Positions 1 to 9,954 of a stretch of DNA of 64,000 nt are shown here, piece by piece (within the stretch, counting starts at the first letter, position 1; every line of letters starts with the position of its first letter). Source of the stretch: an uncultured archaeon. Its GTDB lineage: Archaea; CAYFZR01. Position numbers and translations under genes: made by a program. The stretch lies in assembly GCA_964347835.1 (NCBI GenBank), contig CAYFZR010000032.1, forward strand, positions 17,814 to 81,813, written 5' to 3'. Under the pieces are notes generated by a model. It did not search any database. It had not been told where the DNA came from and saw only the letters and a list, made by a program, of their open reading frames with translations.

Positions 1-2
1 CT

Positions 3-374
3 AACGATAATGAATCCATTGAAGCAGCATTATACATTAAGGAGTACTTGGATAGGCAAGGTCTATCAAACCTAATCAGAGAAGATATGCTTCCCGAATG
101 CTTTCTCAATCCCTCCGAAGGTAAACATAGACATTATAGAAAGATAGATGGCGGGGTGTTCGTGAGACATAAAGGAGAAACAGGTTTTAAGGAGTATACC
201 TCTAAATTAGGAATTCCACACATATGCGTAGAATCTCCTGCAAAAACAAAGAATTTCTTTTTCAAAGTAGAGGAAGATATAGTGAGATACGAAAAGAATT
301 TTAACAATTATGTAGATTTCCATTATCTCAGCATGCTCGGCTTAATAGAATATCTGCAAATAGAGAGGGCATAA
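3..374 (+). CDS. hypothetical protein, probably 5'-truncated by the window edge (track start 48 is TTG; frame open back to nt 3)
   Basis: ORF track 48..374; no in-frame stop upstream to window start; TAA stop 372-374 lies 1 nt before the ATG of the next ORF (coupled). Confidence 0.3.
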   Translation, partial: NDNESIEAALYIKEYLDRQGLSNLIREDMLPECFLNPSEGKHRHYRKIDGGVFVRHKGETGFKEYTSKLGIPHICVESPAKTKNFFFKVEEDIVRYEKNFNNYVDFHYLSMLGLIEYLQIERA

Positions 375-375
375 C

Positions 376-1926
376 ATGGACATAATGGAACTATCTATCG
401 AGTTATACGATTCTTATTTAGGTATGATTAATTCAAAAAGAGAAGACTTTGAAAGAGAAGTTGCGATATTTCAAAAACTCCTTGAAACAATCGCTGATAT
501 TTTCGGTATTGACCAATACAACCTCGCAAGATATGGGTTTTTCTTGGACAGAGAATTGATGAGAGGCACCTATTTGGATTTGTTGAAAGAAAATCCAGAA
601 ATCGCCGAACTGAACGCCGGGGTAAATGTACCAGTATTGATGAGCGTAGATATGATGGATTGTGGCGAAAAAATAGCGGTCATAGAAACAAATGGTTTTA
701 CGTGCAGAGGATTTAGTTGTGGAGAAATTGAGATTATTGTAAGTTCTCTAAAAAATGTACTCAGCAGAGAGAAAAAAGTCACGTTTGCCATCGGATATCC
801 CTTAGAAGAGGGAAAATCAAAGAAATCTGATGACTTGATATACGAAAAAATCTTGTATTGTGGTGCATTGGCAAAAAAAATGAAAGAATATGGAAAGAAG
901 GTGAAGGTTGAGAAGTTCGATGGAAAAATAGAAGGCGACTTTGACATATTAATGATCCTACTTCCAAAAGACATGTCAGAGAATTTTGAGGTAAGAGACA
1001 ACGGAGTCTTTCTTGAGGGTGTGAAAATCAATTTCGTCTCAGATAATATAGCAAGAACAAGAAACGATTTGCTAGACTATGCAATTAGCATAAATTCCAA
1101 CGGTAAGATTTCAGATAGCAAACATCTAACCTACAAGGCAGTTGAAGGCTTTTTGAAGTCTTTGAAGAGAGATTCTCCAATACATGGTCTTTATTCTCGT
1201 AGAATAAATGTTAAAGAAATAAGTGAGAAAGAAGTTAAAGGAGAGGTTAGGAAAGCGGTGAAAGATATTCTTTCCATGGGAAGAAATATCCTCGTAAAAC
1301 CAGACAAGGGATCTGGTGGTGGCGGTATTTTTGTGTGCGATACTGAGGAAGAAGTGTTTGAGAGAATAAAATTAGCAGAACCTTATGCACCAGACGGTAA
1401 CGTCTTGATAATGGAGTGTGCACCTATAGTTCCAGTAGATCTTGACTCATACAGCGTAAAGAGAAAGATTAGATCTGGAGATCTGCTTGAAAAGATAATC
1501 AGAGAGATTCACCAACATGCTCTGGAAGAAGGAATCCCTAACGCTTTTTTGAGAGGCAAACATGCAGTAGATTTCAGATTCTATGTTGTATGTATGAGTG
1601 GAAAAGAAATTATCGAAAAATATGGTGCAAAAAAAATTAATGAAGATGGTCTTTATATTGCTCCCCAAGCAGCAATCCTCAGGATGGCACCCGGAATCTG
1701 GATGGACGATCCAAAATGTTTAGTGGAAGATCCAACAATAATTAAGAGCAATATAAGCCAAGAGGTGAAAGATAAGGGGGCAAAGGTAGAACACGGTATA
1801 CTTAGATTTTTCGTTCCATTTGAAGAAATCTTGGAAGCCTTCGATTATAAAGAAAAATATAAAGATTTTATGATGGCTTCATTCGATGCTGTAAAGGCAA
1901 CGATACAATATAGCGAGAATCTATAG
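376..1926 (+). CDS. hypothetical 516-aa protein with ATP-grasp-like C-terminal half (KPDKGSGGGGIFV glycine loop, RFYVV, E-x-N-like motif)
   Basis: Track ORF; motif resemblance only; tightly coupled to upstream ORF. Confidence 0.35.
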   Translation: MDIMELSIELYDSYLGMINSKREDFEREVAIFQKLLETIADIFGIDQYNLARYGFFLDRELMRGTYLDLLKENPEIAELNAGVNVPVLMSVDMMDCGEKIAVIETNGFTCRGFSCGEIEIIVSSLKNVLSREKKVTFAIGYPLEEGKSKKSDDLIYEKILYCGALAKKMKEYGKKVKVEKFDGKIEGDFDILMILLPKDMSENFEVRDNGVFLEGVKINFVSDNIARTRNDLLDYAISINSNGKISDSKHLTYKAVEGFLKSLKRDSPIHGLYSRRINVKEISEKEVKGEVRKAVKDILSMGRNILVKPDKGSGGGGIFVCDTEEEVFERIKLAEPYAPDGNVLIMECAPIVPVDLDSYSVKRKIRSGDLLEKIIREIHQHALEEGIPNAFLRGKHAVDFRFYVVCMSGKEIIEKYGAKKINEDGLYIAPQAAILRMAPGIWMDDPKCLVEDPTIIKSNISQEVKDKGAKVEHGILRFFVPFEEILEAFDYKEKYKDFMMASFDAVKATIQYSENL

Positions 1927-1928
1927 GT

Positions 1929-1945
1929 CTATTTTTTATTGTTTT
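1929..1945 (+). terminator. T-rich tract (TTTTTT) just after the stop of the 516-aa ORF; archaeal oligo-T terminator candidate
   Basis: tattttttattgtttta immediately 3' of TAG 1924-1926. Confidence 0.3.
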
Positions 1946-2280
1946 ATAAAGTCTCCCTTAAGGTAACATAGTCGCAGAGAAAGAGATCACTTATTGATAC
2001 AACTCAACGACGATTTTTAATAAATACACAAATCCTATCGCAAGGGAAACCCACAACAGATATTCTATTGATTCTTTAATCATTTTTACTTATTAATTTT
2101 ATAACAATATAGAGGGATAAAATCCTACAAAAGAATTCTCTAAACTATTTTGTCAAAAAACTAGCAATTTTGACCATTTTGTCATATATCCATATTTATT
2201 TTATTAAACAAACCTACATTTGTTGTAAGCAATTCGGATAAAATTAAATTATGACCCTGTTTAACTTTTTATATCTAAAC

Positions 2281-3099
2281 TTATTCTGGCGCTTTGGCTA
2301 TTTCCCAAATTATATCGCTAAAAAGAGTAAAAGACCTGGCAAAGGCTTCGTTCTCAAAGTAAAGCCCAGTTATATGTAAAAGTCGATCGTCTTTTATTCC
2401 TGGTAGACATACAAAAAACGCCCTTGAATCAACTAGAACTGCTTTTACAGGGGGCATTACTCCTTCTTTTTCTCCAAATCTTATTAATGAAAGAAAACGC
2501 ATTATACCCTCTTTTTTTAGTTCTTCAAGATCTTTTTCTTCGATACCGTCTGGTATGATCGGTCTCTTTCGCCCAATGATCTTAATTTCAATATTGCTCT
2601 CTCGTTTTTCTTTGATAATGTCCTTTAAAATTTTAAGTTCATTTTTTAAAAAGTACCCTATTACAATTCGAATTTCCTTTTCTGCTCTCCTTAGTATCTC
2701 TTCCAATTTGATCAGGTAGTTTTGCTCACCGTTTACTATCCATACGGTAGTCTCTTCTTCATGAGGCTCTTCCCTTTTTAGATAAATTTCATTGAGGTAG
2801 GGAGTTATTTGTTCACTCAAATCTTTAAATTCGTTGGATCTTGATAAAACAAAGTTCTTTAGAGCATTACTTGGATCTAACGCTCTAAAAATACGGGGTC
2901 TTCCGTATTGTATCTCGAGCAAACCCCAATTTGCCAGCTTATCCAAGGCTTCGTAGACTTTAGGGCGAGAAAAACCTGATAATCTGCTTAATTCAGAAGC
3001 CGTAGACTGTCCATGGGATAAAAGGAGGAGATACGTCTTAGTCTCTGCTTCTGTCATGCCTAAATCCTGTAGCTGCCTTTGAATTTCAGGAAACTCCAT
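2281..3099 (-). CDS. TrmB-family transcriptional regulator (N-terminal wHTH plus C-terminal sensing domain)
   Basis: N-terminus MEFPEIQRQLQDLGMTEAETKTYLLLLSHGQSTASELSRLSGFSRPKVYEALDKLANWGLLE is a typical TrmB HTH; divergent from the ABC operon. Confidence 0.8.
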   Translation of the reverse strand: MEFPEIQRQLQDLGMTEAETKTYLLLLSHGQSTASELSRLSGFSRPKVYEALDKLANWGLLEIQYGRPRIFRALDPSNALKNFVLSRSNEFKDLSEQITPYLNEIYLKREEPHEEETTVWIVNGEQNYLIKLEEILRRAEKEIRIVIGYFLKNELKILKDIIKEKRESNIEIKIIGRKRPIIPDGIEEKDLEELKKEGIMRFLSLIRFGEKEGVMPPVKAVLVDSRAFFVCLPGIKDDRLLHITGLYFENEAFARSFTLFSDIIWEIAKAPE

Positions 3100-3144
3100 A
3101 GTCTATTACCTTCTATTTTGTAATTAATTTACTTGTTTACAACC

Positions 3145-3176
3145 ATAAGATTTATAAACCTCATCGTTTATAATTC
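3145..3176 (+). promoter_or_regulatory. Two TTTATAAA/TTTATAAT TATA-box-like elements in the divergent intergenic region upstream of the ABC operon (and of the TrmB gene on the opposite strand)
   Basis: tttataaacc at 3151-3160 and tttataat at 3168-3175; ATG at 3205 preceded by GGAG RBS. Confidence 0.4.
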
Positions 3177-3204
3177 TTTTGTAATGAAAAAAGGAGTCTG
3201 AACT

Positions 3205-4155
3205 ATGCTCCCAATAATAGAGACTTTTGATCTCACAAAAGAATTCAACGGTCTCATAGCAGTAGACTGTTTGAATTTTAAGATCGATAAAGGGGAGATT
3301 TTTGGTTTGTTGGGTCCTAACGGGGCTGGCAAAACGACTCTTGTTAGCATGCTCACCTGTTTGATAAGTCCTACGAATGGCACCGCAAAGGTGGCTGGAT
3401 ATGATATAATAGAAGAATCTCAAAAAATAAAGCCCATCATAGGAATGGTTCCTCAGGAGCATTGTCTTTATGATAATCTAACTTTGTACGAAAATTTAGC
3501 CTTTATGGGAGAAATGTACGATATTCCCAAGAAAAAGACAGAAGTATTGATTAAACAAACTCTTGATCTTATGTATCTTAATGATCGAAGAAATGATCCA
3601 GTTGGAACCTTTTCTGGAGGAATGAAGCAGAGAGCTTCGGTAGCGAGTGGATTGATAAATGAACCGGAAATCTTGTTTTTAGACGAGCCGACCACTGGAA
3701 TAGATCCGCAAAACAGACAGGCAATATGGGATTTTATAAAAGAACTTAACCGTGAAGAAGGCGTTACGATTTTGATTACGACTCACTACATGGATGAAGC
3801 AGATATTCTATGCGATAGAGTCGCTATAATGGATCACGGAAGCATAGTAGCATTAGACACTCCTAAAGCGTTAAAAGAATTGTTAAAAGGTGATATAATA
3901 GATGTTGACTCTGATGACATTGATAAAGACTATATAGGATCTCTAGACGGTGTAAATGAAATTATTGAAGGAAAAACTACGAAAATCATCGTAGACGATT
4001 CTGATACTATTCTACCAGTTCTAGTAAAAGAAATTCAAAATATTAAGTCTATTAAAGTAGAAAAACCTACCCTGCAGGATGTATTTTTGAAATTAACTGG
4101 TAGAGAGCTTCGAGATGACTTAGAAAGAGCTAGAAGGGGATTTTATGGGTATTAG
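3205..4155 (+). CDS. ABC transporter ATP-binding protein (ABC-2/DrrA-like exporter ATPase)
   Basis: Walker A GPNGAGKTT, ABC signature SGGMKQR, Walker B ILFLDEPTTGID, H-loop. Confidence 0.9.
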   Translation: MLPIIETFDLTKEFNGLIAVDCLNFKIDKGEIFGLLGPNGAGKTTLVSMLTCLISPTNGTAKVAGYDIIEESQKIKPIIGMVPQEHCLYDNLTLYENLAFMGEMYDIPKKKTEVLIKQTLDLMYLNDRRNDPVGTFSGGMKQRASVASGLINEPEILFLDEPTTGIDPQNRQAIWDFIKELNREEGVTILITTHYMDEADILCDRVAIMDHGSIVALDTPKALKELLKGDIIDVDSDDIDKDYIGSLDGVNEIIEGKTTKIIVDDSDTILPVLVKEIQNIKSIKVEKPTLQDVFLKLTGRELRDDLERARRGFYGY

Positions 4156-5263
4156 AGAAGATTTTCGACATGCAAAAACCATCGCGAAAAAGGATTTGAG
4201 AGAATTGAGTAAAGTACCCCACATTTACGTAGCGCTAACATTATTTCCTTTGATCATGGTTTCTATCATAGCATGGGGTTTTGGAGGAGATATAGACCAT
4301 ATCAAAGTCGGTCTGGTAGATGAAGATAAAACCATTGCTTCTATCGAGTTTACAGAAGAGTTACAAGCTTCTAAAACTTTAGATTTGATAGAACTGAATG
4401 GACTCCATCAAGCGAGAAAGTTACTTGAAGAAGAAAAAATATTTGGAATCATTGTACTTCCAGAAGGGTTTGGTAATAATTTGGGAGTTTCACAGAGTAA
4501 AGTTTTATTGTATCTTGACGGAACTCAATATACAGTCATGAATATTATTTCCAGAAAGGTTGATGAGATCTCGGGGAGATATAGTATTTCGGTAGTAAAG
4601 TACCCAGAGACTAAAAACAAAGCAAGTATCGTTGTTGAAAAAGACTACTTTTACGGAGGAAATACAGAATATCTCGATTTTATAATTCCCGGTGGTATAG
4701 CCTTTGCCATCGCTGTTGGAGTTATGTTCAGGATGGGAGACACTATAGTTAGAGAAAGGGAGAGAGGTACTATACAAAGAATCTTGATAACTCCAGCTAC
4801 GGACAGAGCTATAATTATGGGTAAGACCCTTTCAAGTCTTGCCATAGACGTTCCTCGGGCTTTTATCGTAACTATATTGGCTTTCTCCATATTCAACATC
4901 TATCTTAGGGGAAGTTTTATTTCACTAATGATAATAGAGATTCTAGCTATTTTAATATTCATAGGACTGGGCTTTTTGATCTCAAGCAGGATAACGTCCA
5001 TGGCAGAATACATTCCCATCGCTATGCCTTTGACTGTACCTCCAGCCTTTATTTCAGGAGTATTTTTTCCCATTGAAGCACTTCCGTGGATATTGAATAA
5101 ATTCGCATATTTATTGCCTCTAACTTACGTAGCCCATGCTTTGAGGTTAATAACCATAAAGGGCTACGGTCTCACTCAAATCAGCACAGATATTGTGGCT
5201 TTAACTATATACGCGATTATAGCAATGGCTCTCGGAACAATAAGCTTCCAAAGAGAGGTTTGA
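4145..5263 (+). CDS. ABC-2 family transporter permease
   Basis: N-terminal TM, large extracytoplasmic loop, 5 C-terminal TM helices; start overlaps ATPase stop. Confidence 0.7.
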   Translation: MGIREDFRHAKTIAKKDLRELSKVPHIYVALTLFPLIMVSIIAWGFGGDIDHIKVGLVDEDKTIASIEFTEELQASKTLDLIELNGLHQARKLLEEEKIFGIIVLPEGFGNNLGVSQSKVLLYLDGTQYTVMNIISRKVDEISGRYSISVVKYPETKNKASIVVEKDYFYGGNTEYLDFIIPGGIAFAIAVGVMFRMGDTIVRERERGTIQRILITPATDRAIIMGKTLSSLAIDVPRAFIVTILAFSIFNIYLRGSFISLMIIEILAILIFIGLGFLISSRITSMAEYIPIAMPLTVPPAFISGVFFPIEALPWILNKFAYLLPLTYVAHALRLITIKGYGLTQISTDIVALTIYAIIAMALGTISFQREV

Positions 5264-6921
5264 AAATGATAGAGGTGATCGAGATGAGAAAATTAAAACG
5301 GACTATCTCATTGGTAATCATTTTACTGTTGATTGCTCAGCTAGGATATTCTGAAGTTGCGTATGCTCAGGTACGAAAAACGGTTGTCTGTTGCCCTGAG
5401 CCTCCCGAAGAGGGGGAGATAATTCAAAAAACTACCGGGCCCTTTGAAATTACCATGGTGACTTCAGATCCTTCTCCCATAAGACCTGGAGACAAAGATG
5501 TTGAATTAGACGTCTGGGTGGAGTACAGGGGAAAAGATACCGCTAGAGATGTTAAGGTGCAATTATCTATACAGAAACCCTTTTCTTTGGCTAGAGAAGG
5601 AGGTTCTCTTGCTTATTTAGGTACATTAGGACAGTGGGGTGAAGGTAAATGCCAGTTCTATGTAAATGTAAATGAATCAGCCATTTCAAACGTTTATGAG
5701 CTCGGAATTTCTTTTTCATACCTAGATGAAGACGGAATAACCCATTTTTTTAGAGAGACGGTTAAAATACCAGTTGAAGGCGTGGCGGAGATTTTACTCA
5801 TGAATCTAAGAACAGAGCCGGAGCCGGTTGCTCCCGGAGAGAAAGCCAAAATATCAATGAGCGTAGAAAACAGCGGTACAGGAGATGCAAGAAGTTTCTG
5901 GGTAATTTTAGAACCCGAATATCCTTTTACTGCTGATAAAAACGAGTATTACTTAGGATTCTTAAATCCGGGTGAGAAAGATGACTTATCTATTGTTTTG
6001 GACATTGACGATCTCGCAGAGAGCAAGACCTACGCTTTGAACTTGAAAATAAAATACGAAGATGAAGGGGGAAAAAGTCACCAAATTACAAGAAGAATGG
6101 GCATTTTGGTACATGAAAAAGATCTCCTTATGATACAAAAAATAGTAACAGATCCACAGACAATAAAACCAGGAAATGAAGATGTTTTACTTGAAATCTG
6201 GATCGTGAACGCAGGGGGAAAGGTTGTAAAAAACGTGGATGCGAGACTTCTTCATTTAGAAGGAATAACTCCGGCATGGTCTGGAGCAGATAAGAAGTTC
6301 TTAGGAAATTTATTGCCATATGAGCCAGTTGAATGTGAATTTTTTATTGACGTGGATGAAGAACAAAAATCAGGAGTTTATCCTCTTAGATTGGAGTTAA
6401 CTCATAATTTAGGGAGGTCCGTAAAGGAAGTCCATACCATGATCTCTCCCCATGCAAGATTCGAGTTAGGAAAAGTCAGCTACGAAAAAGCTGTTCAAGG
6501 AGGCACTGTTAAGATTCACGTTCCGATTACAAATGTTGGAGACGAAAAAGCAGAAGCTGTTCAGGTACAGCTTAAAACAAACAACTACTTCACAGGATAC
6601 AAAACTAGCTACTTAGGCCAATTAGGACCTGGAGAGAGTGATACAGCTATTTTTGACCTTGATATAGATAAAAACGCGGAACCTGATGTATATTTAATCG
6701 ATGCTAAGATATACTGGGACGAAGATGATGATCGATATACAGATACTGAACCTTTTTCTCTAAGAGTTGAAAAGAGCTGGCTGAGAGTTTATCTATTTTT
6801 AATAATTGTTGCACTCACTCTCATATTGATCGGAGCAACTTTAGGAAGAAAAATAAAAGCAAGAAGAGAATTGATGGAAGAAAAAAAGATAAAGGAAGAA
6901 GAGGTGAGAAAAGAAGATTAA
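5260..6921 (+). CDS. Cell-surface protein with signal peptide, about 5 tandem beta-sandwich repeats (COG1361/CARDB-like), C-terminal TM anchor and KE-rich tail
   Basis: ATGA overlap with permease; repeated motif LG.L.PGE.D...F.LDID about every 110 aa; hydrophobic WLRVYLFLIIVALTLILIGATLG near C-terminus. Confidence 0.6.
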   Translation: MKMIEVIEMRKLKRTISLVIILLLIAQLGYSEVAYAQVRKTVVCCPEPPEEGEIIQKTTGPFEITMVTSDPSPIRPGDKDVELDVWVEYRGKDTARDVKVQLSIQKPFSLAREGGSLAYLGTLGQWGEGKCQFYVNVNESAISNVYELGISFSYLDEDGITHFFRETVKIPVEGVAEILLMNLRTEPEPVAPGEKAKISMSVENSGTGDARSFWVILEPEYPFTADKNEYYLGFLNPGEKDDLSIVLDIDDLAESKTYALNLKIKYEDEGGKSHQITRRMGILVHEKDLLMIQKIVTDPQTIKPGNEDVLLEIWIVNAGGKVVKNVDARLLHLEGITPAWSGADKKFLGNLLPYEPVECEFFIDVDEEQKSGVYPLRLELTHNLGRSVKEVHTMISPHARFELGKVSYEKAVQGGTVKIHVPITNVGDEKAEAVQVQLKTNNYFTGYKTSYLGQLGPGESDTAIFDLDIDKNAEPDVYLIDAKIYWDEDDDRYTDTEPFSLRVEKSWLRVYLFLIIVALTLILIGATLGRKIKARRELMEEKKIKEEEVRKED

Positions 6922-7030
6922 AAGATTTTTTGTAGTAGTTCCCAGTAGAATTCCTATCGCTATTAACTAATATTCTTTTTTTAGATAATGAAAAAGGGAT
7001 AAATACTATTAAAATAAGAAAAAAAAGTCT

Positions 7031-7327
7031 ATGTCAAACGTTGTCAAAAAATATCATGAGATCTATCATACCTTATTTAGGAGCAAATATACCGTCTTAG
7101 CACTTCTAATTCTGATTGAAAATGGAGAAAAGCTTGAACGCTCAAAATTACGTAAACTTGTTGAATGTAGGGATTTTAACAGATATGTAATGATTCCTCT
7201 CTTGGAGAGCGAATTTATAGAAGTAATCCAAGATAAAAGCAGATACCCCTATAAAACCTATGTTGGTCTAACCAATAAGGGTGAGGATATAGCCGGGAAA
7301 GTAAAGTCATGCATAGATGAAATATAA
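7031..7327 (+). CDS. small (98 aa) putative winged-helix DNA-binding protein
   Basis: Track ORF; helix-turn-wing-like segment YTVLALLILIENGEKLERSKLRKLV; sits upstream of the ROS cluster. Confidence 0.3.
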   Translation: MSNVVKKYHEIYHTLFRSKYTVLALLILIENGEKLERSKLRKLVECRDFNRYVMIPLLESEFIEVIQDKSRYPYKTYVGLTNKGEDIAGKVKSCIDEI

Positions 7328-7434
7328 AATTCCTTAACTGGTATTAGGTATTTTTCAATTTTTTATCATACTAGTAAACCTTTTAAGGAACAATAGTTCA
7401 ACTATCTGAAAGATTTTTAAACCAGATAAAAAAA

Positions 7435-8658
7435 TTGGATCCTAAATATGTTTGTCATATGCAAACCCAAATTGTAGGGGGTAACAAGTTGTCAGTTGAA
7501 TTAAAAGATGGAGTTTATTGGGTAGGCGCTATAGATTGGAATATAAGGGATTTTCATGGCTATACAACGCCAAAAGGGACCACATACAACGCCTATCTTA
7601 TAGTGGATGAGAAAATAGTGGTAGTTGATACAGTAAAACACGGATTTTTTGATGATATGCTGAGAGGAATTAAAGAAATTGTAGATCCAAGAGAAATCGA
7701 TTATGTGGTCTCTAATCATGTTGAAAAAGATCACTCAGGCTCCCTATCTGATATAATGAGGTTAGCCAAGAATGCAGAAATTTATGCCACGGGAAGAGGG
7801 AAAGAAGGATTAATAAAATATTTCAAGCAAGATTGGACTTTTAACATCGTTAAAACAGGAGATGAACTAAATATAGGCAAGAAGAATTTGATGTTTATTG
7901 AAGCACCAATGTTGCACTGGCCAGATAGCATGTTTACGTATATAAAAGAAGATCGCATCCTCTTACCCAACGATGCTTTTGGACAGCATATAGCAACTCA
8001 TCAGAGATTTGACGATGAGGTAAAGGATGTAATGGAAGATGCGGCTACCTATTATGCAAATATATTAATGCCCCTTGCTCCTTTGATACTGAAGAAGATA
8101 GAAGAAATCGTGAATTTGGGCATAAAAATAGATATGATCGGTCCCAGTCATGGCATAATATGGCGTAAGGAACCTGAGAAAATAATCAACGCGTACATCG
8201 ATTGGAGCAAGGGAGTTGCAAGAGACAAGATTTTAATTGTCTACGATACAATGTGGGGAAGCACAGAAAAAATAGCCAGATCCATTCTACGAGGAATAAA
8301 CAAAGAAGGCGTAGAAGCTAAATTGTTGAAGTTGAGAGAAAATCATAGAAGCGCTGTCATAAAGGAAGTTCTAGACTCCAAGGTCGTTCTCGTGGGGTCG
8401 CCGACTATTAACAATGGAATATTTCCTACTGTAGCAGATTTCTTGACTTATTTGAAAGGATTGAAGCCTAAGAAAAAGATAGGAGCAACTTTCGGATCTT
8501 ACGGTTGGGGAGGCGGCGCTTGTAAGGTAATAGAAAAAGAATTGAGAGAAATCGGTTTTGAAGTCTTAGATGCAAATTTAGAGTTTAAATACGTTCCAGA
8601 TGAAAGCGAGTTGGAAAGATGCGTCGAATTTGGAAAAGAACTTGTAAAGAAGTTGTAA
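7435..8658 (+). CDS. fprA: Flavodiiron protein (FprA-type; metallo-beta-lactamase-like diiron domain plus flavodoxin domain)
   Basis: H-x-E-x-D-H diiron motif HVEKDHSGSL; C-terminal flavodoxin fold VLVGSPTINNG; true start may be the internal Met (MQTQ...). Confidence 0.85.
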   Translation: MDPKYVCHMQTQIVGGNKLSVELKDGVYWVGAIDWNIRDFHGYTTPKGTTYNAYLIVDEKIVVVDTVKHGFFDDMLRGIKEIVDPREIDYVVSNHVEKDHSGSLSDIMRLAKNAEIYATGRGKEGLIKYFKQDWTFNIVKTGDELNIGKKNLMFIEAPMLHWPDSMFTYIKEDRILLPNDAFGQHIATHQRFDDEVKDVMEDAATYYANILMPLAPLILKKIEEIVNLGIKIDMIGPSHGIIWRKEPEKIINAYIDWSKGVARDKILIVYDTMWGSTEKIARSILRGINKEGVEAKLLKLRENHRSAVIKEVLDSKVVLVGSPTINNGIFPTVADFLTYLKGLKPKKKIGATFGSYGWGGGACKVIEKELREIGFEVLDANLEFKYVPDESELERCVEFGKELVKKL

Positions 8659-8853
8659 ATGTGGTAAGAGCCGATAATTGATAATAATTGAAACACGAAC
8701 GTCATATTAATAATGTCATATTGAATAGTTACAAGGGATACGAAAATAGGCGTATTATGTAATAAATATGACTAAATTCATAGAATAATGTATATAAATA
8801 AGTAAATATCTGTGTGAATATCGTTAAATTTATAAAGAAAAAGGAGGGTGTGA

Positions 8854-9357
8854 ATGAGTAAAACTGAAAAAAATTTGGAAACGGCATTCGCTGGAGAGAG
8901 CCAAGCAAATAGAAAGTACCTCGCATATGCAAAGAAAGCCGACGATGAAGGTTATAGACAAATAGCAAGGCTTTTCCGAGCAGTAGCAGCGGCAGAAACT
9001 ATTCATGCACACAATCATTTTAAAATTATGGAAGGGGTTAAAACTACGGATGAAAATTTGAGGGCAGCGATAGAAGGAGAACATTATGAGTTTACGAAGA
9101 TGTACCCAGAATTTATAGAGCAGGCCAATAAAGAAGAGAATAAAAGAGCAGCCAGGAGTTTCAATTGGGCCAATGAGGTCGAGAGAATACATGGAGAACT
9201 CTACACTAACTTTCTAGAAAGGTTGAAAGCAGGCGAGGAACTCGAAGAAAAGGATTTCTATGTGTGCGGGGTTTGTGGTTATACCTTAGAGGGAGAGTTG
9301 CCAGATAACTGTCCTATATGCAGAGCGGTTAAAGACAAGTTTATAAAAATAGAGTAG
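8854..9357 (+). CDS. rbr: Rubrerythrin
   Basis: NLETAFAGESQANRKY ferritin-like diiron motifs plus C-terminal rubredoxin-like CGVCGY...CPICR; GGAGGG RBS. Confidence 0.9.
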   Translation: MSKTEKNLETAFAGESQANRKYLAYAKKADDEGYRQIARLFRAVAAAETIHAHNHFKIMEGVKTTDENLRAAIEGEHYEFTKMYPEFIEQANKEENKRAARSFNWANEVERIHGELYTNFLERLKAGEELEEKDFYVCGVCGYTLEGELPDNCPICRAVKDKFIKIE

Positions 9358-9369
9358 AGGTGTGTCTTT

Positions 9370-9534
9370 ATGAGTGAAAAATGGGAATGTACAATATGCG
9401 ATTGGGTTTATGATCCCGATGAAGGAGATCCCGATGGCGGAATAGAGCCGGGAACTCCCTTTGAAGATATACCAGATGACTGGGTATGTCCTGTTTGTGG
9501 AGCGCCAAAAGATATGTTTGAAAAAATAGAATGA
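9370..9534 (+). CDS. rub: Rubredoxin (54 aa; below the ORF-track size cutoff)
   Basis: Own translation [54 protein letters not shown]; two CxxC pairs with the classic WVCPVCG motif. Confidence 0.85.
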   Translation: MSEKWECTICDWVYDPDEGDPDGGIEPGTPFEDIPDDWVCPVCGAPKDMFEKIE

Positions 9535-9543
9535 GGTGATAGA

Positions 9544-9924
9544 ATGGCTGTCGAGAAATCTTGCGAAGAAGATCTCTTTTGTGGTTTGAATAAACCCGCA
9601 GACATAAAAAGTATGACCGATCTGGAGAAAAAACATACTCCAATAATCGAGGCACCATCTAAGGTCAAAGAAGGAGAAGTATTCGAAGTTAACGTGGAAG
9701 TTGGAAAACTTATGAAACATCCGAATGAAATTGGACATTTCATCCAATGGATAGAACTTTATTCTGGAGATACTTTTCTAACAAGGGTTGATTTGACTCC
9801 AGAACTTACCGAACCAAAGATTACTGTTCCTGTGCGCTTGACTCACACCCATTCATTGAAAACGGTTATAAGATGCAATCTTCACGGTCTGTGGGAGAAC
9901 ACCAAAGAAATTAATGTAGAGTAG
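9544..9924 (+). CDS. sor: Superoxide reductase (desulfoferrodoxin/neelaredoxin family) with short N-terminal extension
   Basis: EKKHTPIIEAP motif and C-terminal CNLHGLWEN Cys-ligand motif. Confidence 0.8.
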   Translation: MAVEKSCEEDLFCGLNKPADIKSMTDLEKKHTPIIEAPSKVKEGEVFEVNVEVGKLMKHPNEIGHFIQWIELYSGDTFLTRVDLTPELTEPKITVPVRLTHTHSLKTVIRCNLHGLWENTKEINVE

Positions 9925-9954
9925 ATCTAAGGGCAAAGATAAGTTTTTTTTTAA

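Noticed and set aside
9286-9747. Several overlapping minus-strand ORFs (9286..9747, 9368..9658, 9408..9743)
   Set aside because: All antisense to the rubrerythrin, rubredoxin and SOR genes, which have strong family motifs.
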